A DNA stretch of 44,448 nucleotides. Source: a virus (lineage: Duplodnaviria > Caudoviricetes). The stretch lies in the IMG/VR virus record IMGVR_UViG_3300048592_000946, positions 1-44,448 of that record; one strand, given 5' to 3'. Positions 1 through 5,806 of this stretch are shown one piece after another. Each line of letters starts with the position of its first letter. The stretch's first letter is position 1. The position numbers and the translations under genes were made by a program. The notes beneath the pieces are model-generated. The model saw only the letters and a program-made list of their open reading frames with translations. It was not told the origin of the DNA and did no database searches.

Positions 1-2
1 TC

Positions 3-332
3 AGGTGTGCCGATCTCAGGAGTGCCAATCTCGGGGGTGCCGATCTCGGGGGTGCCGATCTCAGGGGTGCCGATCTCAGGTGTGCCGATCTCGGGGGTGC
101 CGATCTCAGGGGTGCCGATCTCGGGGATGCCAATCTCGGGGATGCCAATCTCAGGGATGCCAATCTCAGGGGTGCCGATCTCAGGTGTGCCAATCTCAGG
201 GGTGCCGATCTCAGGGATGCCGATCTCAGGGGTGCCGATCTCAGGTGTGCCGATCTCAGGTGTGCCGATCTCGGGTGTGCCGATCTCAGGGGCGCCGATC
301 TCGGGGATGCCGATCTCAGGTGTGCCGATCTC
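3..332 (+). repeat. 15-bp tandem repeat, 22 copies, encoding pentapeptide repeats
   Basis: Unit (A/G)GG-NNN-GCC-(G/A)AT-CTC is directly visible. Confidence 0.95.
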
Positions 333-533
333 GATTTTTCAGTCATGTTTTTTGGATGTAAAGATTTCAACCAAAAACTTTCAGCCCGGCATTTTTACCA
401 GCGGTTGTACCACATTATGCGGCAAGATTATCCCGACGCCCCGGATGAAATTAAAACTTTTCTTAATAGCCGTGAAATTAAAGCGTTGGCAAATAAATTT
501 CACCGCGTCGATGAGTGCGGGGAAATAAAATAA
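3..533 (+). CDS. Pentapeptide-repeat protein, 5'-truncated by the window edge
   Basis: Frame 3 reads [25 protein letters not shown]..., 22 A(D/N)Lxx units over 3-332. It stays open into [15 protein letters not shown]...CGEIK*, which is the listed 345..533 ORF. The ORF track misses the repeat frame because it has no start codon in the window. Confidence 0.9.
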   Translation, partial: RCADLRSANLGGADLGGADLRGADLRCADLGGADLRGADLGDANLGDANLRDANLRGADLRCANLRGADLRDADLRGADLRCADLRCADLGCADLRGADLGDADLRCADLDFSVMFFGCKDFNQKLSARHFYQRLYHIMRQDYPDAPDEIKTFLNSREIKALANKFHRVDECGEIK

Positions 534-569
534 TCCAGCGGCGGGGGCCGCGAAGGGGGAGGGATGAAA
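528..569 (+). repeat. Intergenic direct repeat A, copy 1 (stop codon + GC hairpin + SD + ATGAAA)
   Basis: AAATAATCCAGCGGCGGGGGCCGCGAAGGGGGAGGGATGAAA, near-identical to 1134-1176. Confidence 0.9.
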
Positions 570-1139
570 CAAATAACAGGATGGTATTTTGCGCCGCAAA
601 ACAATAATCTCGGATATGGCGATGACCGGGAAATATCGGTAGGGATCACCCACGAGGTTGATGGCGAAATAATCCCATGTAAGCGCGGGCTACATTTATC
701 GAAACGCCCTATTGACGCCTTGCAATATGCCAGCGGGCCGATAATTTATCGAGTCAAAGGCTATGGCACGGTTATCCCGCATGGCGATCCGATTGATAAA
801 TACGCCTGCTCGCGCCGGGAATATATCGCTGGTGGTGTTGATGCCTCTGGCGTTTTACGCCAATTTGCCCGAGAATGCGCGTTAGGTGTAATCCATCTAT
901 GGGGCGCGCCGGAAATCGTAGTCCAGTATTTAAACACAGGCGATGAAGAAATAAGGTCTGCCGCATGGTATACCGCATGGTCTGCCGCAAGGTCTGCCGC
1001 AGGGTTTGCCGCATGGTCTGCCGCATGGTCTGCCGCAGGGGATGCCGCAGGGTCTGCCGTATGGCCTGCCGCAAGGTCTGCCGCATGGGATGCCCAAAAC
1101 AAGCGGTTAGTGAAATTGCTGTGGGGGTTATTTAAATAA
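564..1139 (+). CDS. Phage hypothetical protein with CxxGLH N-terminal domain and C-terminal Ala/Trp tetrapeptide repeats
   Basis: 191 aa with a strong SD. Contains PCKRGLH and AAWS/AARS/AAGD repeats encoded by a 12-nt repeat at ~957-1092. This architecture is familiar from phage accessory regions. Confidence 0.8.
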   Translation: MKQITGWYFAPQNNNLGYGDDREISVGITHEVDGEIIPCKRGLHLSKRPIDALQYASGPIIYRVKGYGTVIPHGDPIDKYACSRREYIAGGVDASGVLRQFARECALGVIHLWGAPEIVVQYLNTGDEEIRSAAWYTAWSAARSAAGFAAWSAAWSAAGDAAGSAVWPAARSAAWDAQNKRLVKLLWGLFK

Positions 1140-1176
1140 TCAAGCGGCGGGATGCCGCGAAGGGGGAGGGATGAAA
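1134..1176 (+). repeat. Intergenic direct repeat A, copy 2
   Basis: AAATAATCAAGCGGCGGGATGCCGCGAAGGGGGAGGGATGAAA. Confidence 0.9.
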
Positions 1177-1326
1177 GCCGAAATTGAATACCCGGAAATA
1201 CCCGAAGATGAGATTACAGAGCTTTACCGGATTTACAGCAAGAACATGGAAGAACAGGCCCGGTTGATGCTTGGTGAATGCAAATGCCACGGGCTTTTCC
1301 ACACATGCGGCCACGAATCAACATGA
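1171..1326 (+). CDS. Small hypothetical protein, 51 aa (not in ORF track)
   Basis: ATG follows the SD of repeat A. Reads MKAEIEYPEIPEDEITELYRIY...CKCHGLFHTCGHEST*. Its stop overlaps the next ATG (ATGA). Confidence 0.65.
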   Translation: MKAEIEYPEIPEDEITELYRIYSKNMEEQARLMLGECKCHGLFHTCGHEST

Positions 1327-1418
1327 CCATCTGCGCCGAAAACCGCCAGCATGAGTGCCAGGACCGCATGGGCGGGTGTCTGGGCTATGATTGCGGGCAT
1401 TATCGAGGGAGGGGAGTG

Positions 1419-1616
1419 ATGGACGAATGGGACGACGACAAAACAATCGACGTTAAAAAAGAAATAAACAATCTGATATGGATGTATGCGGCAGGGTCTT
1501 TGACGCTGGCAGAGGCCGACCATAGGGCTTGTGAAATCCTGAATATTATCCGGAAAAACCCCGGCCACGCGCCGGAAGGAGGGGTGGGGAATGTTCAGGG
1601 ACATCGATGTCTATAA
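1419..1616 (+). CDS. Small hypothetical protein (alternative in-frame start at 1323)
   Basis: GGAGGGGAG SD lies before ATG 1419. Reads MDEWDDDKTIDVKKEINNLIWMY... and is the 3' part of the listed 1278..1616 ORF. Confidence 0.6.
   Translation: MDEWDDDKTIDVKKEINNLIWMYAAGSLTLAEADHRACEILNIIRKNPGHAPEGGVGNVQGHRCL
1558..1584 (+). repeat. Direct repeat B, copy 1 (hairpin + SD)
   Basis: ACCCCGGCCACGCGCCGGAAGGAGGGG, identical to 1715-1741. Confidence 0.9.
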
Positions 1617-1767
1617 AATGTATGCGCACATCGCGGCCATGTGCGGGCATCCAGACCCGGCAGAGGCTTGCCGGTTGATCGTGAATTATTGCAAACATGA
1701 GATGGAGAAAATTGACCCCGGCCACGCGCCGGAAGGAGGGGCGCGTGAAAATAATCAGGGTAAATAG
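1591..1767 (+). CDS. Small hypothetical protein, 58 aa (not in ORF track)
   Basis: ATG follows the AAGGAGG of repeat B. Reads MFRDIDVYKMYAHIAAMCGHPDPAEACRLIVNYCKHEMEKIDPGHAPEGG...*. Confidence 0.65.
   Translation: MFRDIDVYKMYAHIAAMCGHPDPAEACRLIVNYCKHEMEKIDPGHAPEGGARENNQGK
1715..1741 (+). repeat. Direct repeat B, copy 2
   Basis: 27/27 identical to 1558-1584. Confidence 0.9.
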
Positions 1768-1978
1768 TTGCGGCGGTTGTCCGTATATTGAGCTTATCCC
1801 TAACCCATCCGAATGGAAATGCCTGTGTGCGCCATCGGATCATTACGGACAAACGATTGATGATATCCTTGATATCCCCGCATGGTGTCCATTGGCAGAC
1901 GCTTACTGCCCATGCGGCGAACCCGCAACAGATCAGGGGTGGTGTTCAGAATGTGCGCCATACGCTAACGAAGGATAA
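1745..1978 (+). CDS. Small Cys-rich, probably Zn-binding, phage protein (77 aa, GTG start)
   Basis: GTG follows the SD of repeat B. Motifs CGGCPY, IPAWCPL and CPC...CSEC. Confidence 0.7.
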   Translation: MKIIRVNSCGGCPYIELIPNPSEWKCLCAPSDHYGQTIDDILDIPAWCPLADAYCPCGEPATDQGWCSECAPYANEG

Positions 1979-1990
1979 CCGCCGACCGGC
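1976..1990 (+). repeat. Direct repeat C, copy 1
   Basis: TAACCGCCGACCGGC, identical to 2173-2187. Confidence 0.85.
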
Positions 1991-2007
1991 GAAAGGATGA
2001 ATGACTA

Positions 2008-2175
2008 ATGGATAAATTCTGCATATCATTTAATTTTTCAATAGCAATTTTTGTTGCGATTTTGGCTATTGATATGATTTATACGCAAGCTGAACCTACG
2101 CTTATCGTTATAATGGCGGGGCTTGTGAGTGTAAACTTTTATTTTGGAATGTATGGCATACTCAAGTTAAAGTAA
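2008..2175 (+). CDS. Small AT-rich membrane protein, 55 aa, two hydrophobic segments (not in ORF track)
   Basis: Reads MDKFCISFNFSIAIFVAILAIDMIYTQAEPTLIVIMAGLVSVNFYFGMYGILKLK*. It fills the interval between the two copies of repeat C. Confidence 0.65.
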   Translation: MDKFCISFNFSIAIFVAILAIDMIYTQAEPTLIVIMAGLVSVNFYFGMYGILKLK

Positions 2176-2187
2176 CCGCCGACCGGC
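2173..2187 (+). repeat. Direct repeat C, copy 2
   Basis: 15/15 identical to 1976-1990. Confidence 0.85.
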
Positions 2188-2203
2188 CACAAGCACAGTC
2201 GGC
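2178..2203. terminator. Possible hairpin at the convergence of the two transcription units
   Basis: GCCGAC(2178-2183)...GTCGGC(2198-2203) sits between the convergent stop codons. There is no good U-tract, so the call is weak. Confidence 0.3.
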
Positions 2204-2623
2204 TTAACACCCGTCAGGGGCCGTCATGCACGGCCTGGTGCACGCCGGATCAGCGGCAGGATTGCCGAACACTCGAACCGCGTGATATACCCACCATGCG
2301 CGGATACGCGACATCCCATCCTCAATGCAGACGCGCCGTAAAATCTTGTCAGCGGCTTCCCGGTGCTTAAGAAAGAGCCAGCCCTCGCGGATTAACTGGT
2401 AGAGCGCATCATGGATCAACGACCCGCGGAGAAATGACAGCGTTGGAATCGTAGGCCCGGATGGGCCATCCCATGCGTACCCGGATCTGATTGTCAGGCG
2501 ACCATCGCAATCCAGCGCGATAAACTCACTGGCGATATCAGATTCAGGCCGGATCTCGACCTGAACCTGATATGTCGCCTTGAGTTGGTATTTGTACCCG
2601 CCCCGGTAAACGATGCAGTCCAT
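2204..2623 (-). CDS. DUF1353-like phage protein
   Basis: Motifs GYAWDGPS, SLIHDALY and READKIL...G...RAWWVYHAVRVFG. Confidence 0.75.
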   Translation of the reverse strand: MDCIVYRGGYKYQLKATYQVQVEIRPESDIASEFIALDCDGRLTIRSGYAWDGPSGPTIPTLSFLRGSLIHDALYQLIREGWLFLKHREAADKILRRVCIEDGMSRIRAWWVYHAVRVFGNPAADPACTRPCMTAPDGC

Positions 2624-2633
2624 GTGCTACCGT

Positions 2634-2996
2634 TTAATACCGCTCGCTACACGGCACATGCGGGAACTGTTGCCGGAAGTAATAGCCGAGGGACTTCTCT
2701 TTGTCGATCTCCCAATACGCCGGAATAAACGTATCCCAATTGTTTGAGACAAAAACGATGGTCCCGTTGGGCGTTTTGATCTGATACGATCCGGCAGGCG
2801 GCAACAGCGCGGGGAAAAACAATCCCTTTACCGGGTCTTTTTTTTGCCATGTCGTTGTATCAATTGGGGTGAACCCCTGCCCTGCCGGTGCCCCTGTTGC
2901 GTCAACGCCGACATCTACGCCGCCGATGGTGACCGTGATCGGATACACCGTACCGTCTTTGCCTGTGAACTCGAATTGCTTTTCGAAATCTGCCAT
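2634..2996 (-). CDS. Hypothetical protein
   Basis: 120 aa with an AAGGAG SD, co-oriented with the late operon. Confidence 0.7.
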   Translation of the reverse strand: MADFEKQFEFTGKDGTVYPITVTIGGVDVGVDATGAPAGQGFTPIDTTTWQKKDPVKGLFFPALLPPAGSYQIKTPNGTIVFVSNNWDTFIPAYWEIDKEKSLGYYFRQQFPHVPCSERY

Positions 2997-3027
2997 GTGC
3001 TTTTCTCCTTTTTGCGTTGTGTGTTAA

Positions 3028-3189
3028 TGGCGGTCCCGGCGACAAGTATCTTACCACAAGCCCCCGGTGCCCAATCATCGGTTATGCCGGGACCGCCAAT
3101 TTTAAAATGCTGGAACGGGACGCGCTATGCCTGGAGCCATTACGTCGATTTTTCACGACTTCCCATTACGCCAGGATCACCAGCATTTT
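3028..3189. ncRNA. Candidate structured RNA: two adjacent long stem-loops in an intergenic gap
   Basis: A 13-bp perfect inverted repeat (3028-3040/3086-3098). A 10-bp perfect inverted repeat (3104-3113/3180-3189) encloses nested stems CCTGG/CCAGG and GTCG/CGAC. No family recognised. Confidence 0.4.
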
Positions 3190-3558
3190 TTAACCTCTTA
3201 TCGACCGGCCAGCATCGCCCGGCTCCAGGTGATGTATCCCCGTTCCATCCGGCGCTGGAAAACAATCGTCAATGTGGCCGGTGGAATCATGCGCAAAGCG
3301 TTGAGGTTTAAACCTGATCACGTTGCCGTCCCTATCTCGTGGCGGCATAGAAAAGCCAACTCTACCATCCGGCCATGTCACCATGTCGGCCACGCGCTGT
3401 TCAAGCCGCTTCTTTGCCAATGCGTGATCCAGGTTGCGCTTAAGATCAACCCGATGGTCCTGTAGGCGTTTCCGGCTTGCAAAATATTCACCGCCCGCCC
3501 GGTATTTGTCCATGAGCCAGGCGCACCCGGCCAGGATTGATCTAAACGGATTTGTCAT
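3190..3558 (-). CDS. Hypothetical protein
   Basis: 122 aa, with ATGA coupling to the upstream small membrane gene. Confidence 0.6.
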   Translation of the reverse strand: MTNPFRSILAGCAWLMDKYRAGGEYFASRKRLQDHRVDLKRNLDHALAKKRLEQRVADMVTWPDGRVGFSMPPRDRDGNVIRFKPQRFAHDSTGHIDDCFPAPDGTGIHHLEPGDAGRSIRG

Positions 3559-3707
3559 TTCGCCACCGCCTTACCCACGGCCAAGCCCAAAAGCCCGGAT
3601 ATGATGTTATTCAGGATATTAACGGACGGCTGCGGGATATCGCAAAAGAAAATCAGGATAGCGATAATCAGCAAGGCCGCGATAACGAGGTTTTTATCGT
3701 CTGTCAT
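3555..3707 (-). CDS. Small two-helix membrane protein, holin-like (50 aa, not in ORF track)
   Basis: Reads MTDDKNLVIAALLIIAILIFFCDIPQPSVNILNNIISGLLGLAVGKAVAK*. It has ATGA overlaps at both ends and lies downstream of the endolysin. Confidence 0.7.
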   Translation of the reverse strand: MTDDKNLVIAALLIIAILIFFCDIPQPSVNILNNIISGLLGLAVGKAVAK

Positions 3708-3913
3708 GGCATGTCCCTTTCGCCTGTCATTTCACAATACCACCGCGCCGCCCACCGATACGCCTTCCCGCATTTCCGGCAACCGCCCCGGACAATCGCA
3801 ACCCCCGCGCCGCCAATGCCAATGGCTACGGCAACAACAACGGCAAGCCCGATGCGGATGATCTCAGCGCCGGTGCAGCAGGCCGGTTCATGCTGGTATG
3901 TTTTCAAGGTCAT
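3704..3913 (-). CDS. Small single-TM protein of the lysis region
   Basis: Hydrophobic IGLAVVVAVAIGIGGAGVAIV is followed by basic residues. It fills the gap after the endolysin and its stop is coupled to the next ATG. Confidence 0.45.
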   Translation of the reverse strand: MTLKTYQHEPACCTGAEIIRIGLAVVVAVAIGIGGAGVAIVRGGCRKCGKAYRWAARWYCEMTGERDMP

Positions 3914-4331
3914 CCACCATTTTTACAAGGTTAACGCATCGGCTTTTAACGTCCGCACACCACTTTGAATCTTCCATTTCTTGCGCCATTGCCTTCCAGT
4001 CCCGGCGACTGACGGCGGCAATCATGCGCTTGAATGTCCTGAATCGTCGCGGCCCCATATTAAACCGCATGTCCGCAAGAACAAGCTGGATCGCTTGCGG
4101 GAACAGAAAAAAATCAGGGAACAAGTTATTATTGAGGTCCACAAGGCATTCGTCGATATCGTTTTCCAGCAACATCATGGCCTCGTTTCTGGTGATGCCT
4201 TTATCCGTGAGGTTACGCCCTGCGCCGATTGTGATCTTGCCAGCCGTGCATTGATACGGCTTTAGCTCCATGCCTTCATGCTCAATAATTTGAAATATGA
4301 GGCGCTGGCGGTCCATCACCCTAACATCCAC
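3888..4331 (-). CDS. Endolysin, T4-lysozyme-like (GH24) muramidase
   Basis: HEGMELKPYQCTAGKITIGAGRNL matches the E-x8-(D/C)-x5-T catalytic pattern. Also DMRFNMG, FKRM and AQEMEDSKW...V..R. Confidence 0.92.
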   Translation of the reverse strand: MDVRVMDRQRLIFQIIEHEGMELKPYQCTAGKITIGAGRNLTDKGITRNEAMMLLENDIDECLVDLNNNLFPDFFLFPQAIQLVLADMRFNMGPRRFRTFKRMIAAVSRRDWKAMAQEMEDSKWCADVKSRCVNLVKMVDDLENIPA

Positions 4332-4666
4332 GCTTTAAGCGATTCCTTAAGCCCGCTGGCTACAGTGGTCAATAGCCATCCGGCAAGCGCCGTGACGAAC
4401 AAAAAGAAAGCCACGCCGGTTGCCACGGTCTTTTTTGTTTTAACTCCGGCCACAAAATCAATGATAGACCTAAGATTCCGCACGCCGGATGATATGCTTT
4501 TGCCGTCGCCAGCGTCCTTGACAAATTGGTAAAATATCTGGACTTCTTCTTTGTCGTTGGGGTTCATGGGACAAGCGTATTCCCGCATCAATTCCCGCAT
4601 CTCAAGCATCAGCGCGTCTTTAATGTCTTTAATCAGTTCTTCTCGGGTGGTCTTGATGGTAGCCAT
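4316..4666 (-). CDS. Membrane protein upstream of endolysin (holin/antiholin candidate)
   Basis: 116 aa with one C-terminal hydrophobic helix (VATGVAFFLFVTALAGWLLTTVA). It overlaps the endolysin start. Confidence 0.6.
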   Translation of the reverse strand: MATIKTTREELIKDIKDALMLEMRELMREYACPMNPNDKEEVQIFYQFVKDAGDGKSISSGVRNLRSIIDFVAGVKTKKTVATGVAFFLFVTALAGWLLTTVASGLKESLKAWMLG

Positions 4667-4699
4667 TCATCTTGCCCCTTTCTCCGCTTGGTTGTGTTG

Positions 4700-5302
4700 T
4701 TATTTCGCCGCCTGCCTTACCGCCTGGATCTCTCTGCCGCCATCCCGCACAGTTATCTTGATGCTTTTCTCGTCACCGGGCTTAAATTCCGTTGTCGTCA
4801 CCCACTCGCCGGATTCCGGCTTATCGGCTACTACCGTGCCATTGCCGTCTTTGTCCCATGTCAGAAATGAGAACGGACACGGCGGGGCTTCTTTTAATGG
4901 GAATAGTAGCCAGATTTGCTCTGTAACGGCATACTTGCTTTCAACGGCGCAAACCAGCGGGGTATCCTCTTTTATCAGCGCGGACATATCATCTATCAGT
5001 TTTTCTTTGTCCGCGACTTCGTCCGGGCCTTTAAACGCACGGCAATTCGGTTCGGCCATCATATGATATTTTATGAGGCACGGGTTCATTGCCGGGCCAG
5101 GGATCATGGCATAATCGCACCCAAGCGCGGCCAGATGGTCAAGCCCCGCGCGGATTTTCTTGACGGCCTCTTCGCTATCAACTTTGACGATTTCGGCCGC
5201 TTCAAACGTCACCAGCATCCCGACCTTCTTGCCGTCAATTTCTTTCCAGCCGTATTTCCACGAGCCGCTGTTTTTACTGTCTGCGCTGCTATACCATTCC
5301 AT
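4700..5302 (-). CDS. Hypothetical protein
   Basis: 200 aa with a GGAG SD, in operon after the fibre genes. Confidence 0.7.
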   Translation of the reverse strand: MEWYSSADSKNSGSWKYGWKEIDGKKVGMLVTFEAAEIVKVDSEEAVKKIRAGLDHLAALGCDYAMIPGPAMNPCLIKYHMMAEPNCRAFKGPDEVADKEKLIDDMSALIKEDTPLVCAVESKYAVTEQIWLLFPLKEAPPCPFSFLTWDKDGNGTVVADKPESGEWVTTTEFKPGDEKSIKITVRDGGREIQAVRQAAK

Positions 5303-5310
5303 TGTTGCTC

Positions 5311-5805
5311 CTATTCGATATAAACTTTATAGATATTAAGCGTCTTGTTCACATTGGCTTTCGCCGTCAACACCAGATGCGCCCGGACATAGTAATTCCC
5401 CGCGCTAATTCCTGTGAGGGCAAGCTCTGTCGTTTGTTTCAGTTCTAAATCTGACTTGGTGACTCTGGCCGTATAAGTTGCGTAGCTATTTGATTTAGAA
5501 GTGCTTATTACAATCGCGGCTAGCAAATTCGAAGCGGCTGAAAATTGCCATTCAATTTTTATTTTATTCGAGTTGGTCAAATAAACAGTGTTGTCGGTTA
5601 CCCATGTGCCCTCGGCAACATTTGTGACGTTTAGTGTAATCCATAAGTTGCCCGCGGCCTTCCCCTGTGTCACTGTTGTGCCAGCGGTATACCCGGCGAC
5701 CCATTCATCTTCATAATCACCATCTTTATAGAGATAGCCGTCATCGTCCGGCCAGCCGCCAGCAACGACTCGAAAATGCTTCCTACGATGCCTTAAAAAG
5801 CTCAT
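5311..5805 (-). CDS. Beta-rich fibre-associated protein, 164 aa (start revised to MSFLRHRRKHF)
   Basis: ATG lies 1 nt after the upstream TAA. The sequence is Thr/Asn/Val-rich and looks like a beta-sandwich. Confidence 0.65.
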   Translation of the reverse strand: MSFLRHRRKHFRVVAGGWPDDDGYLYKDGDYEDEWVAGYTAGTTVTQGKAAGNLWITLNVTNVAEGTWVTDNTVYLTNSNKIKIEWQFSAASNLLAAIVISTSKSNSYATYTARVTKSDLELKQTTELALTGISAGNYYVRAHLVLTAKANVNKTLNIYKVYIE

Positions 5806-5806
5806 A

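Noticed and set aside
5-528. ORFs 5..361 (CRSQG repeats) and 7..528 (PISGV repeats)
   Set aside because: These are off-frame shadows of the 15-bp repeat. Frame 3 gives canonical A(D/N)Lxx pentapeptides and joins the downstream domain.
528-2187. CRISPR array or integron attC array
   Set aside because: There are three different repeat pairs with gene-sized intervals. I see no constant repeat-spacer period, no attC core sites and no cas or integrase gene.
3028-3189. tRNA gene or known riboswitch/ribozyme
   Set aside because: I could not identify a cloverleaf, T-loop GTTCRA or hammerhead CTGATGA core on either strand. It is kept only as an unclassified structure.
5770-5805. Tat signal peptide in MSFLRHRRKHF
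   Set aside because: There is no hydrophobic h-region or cleavage site after the arginines.
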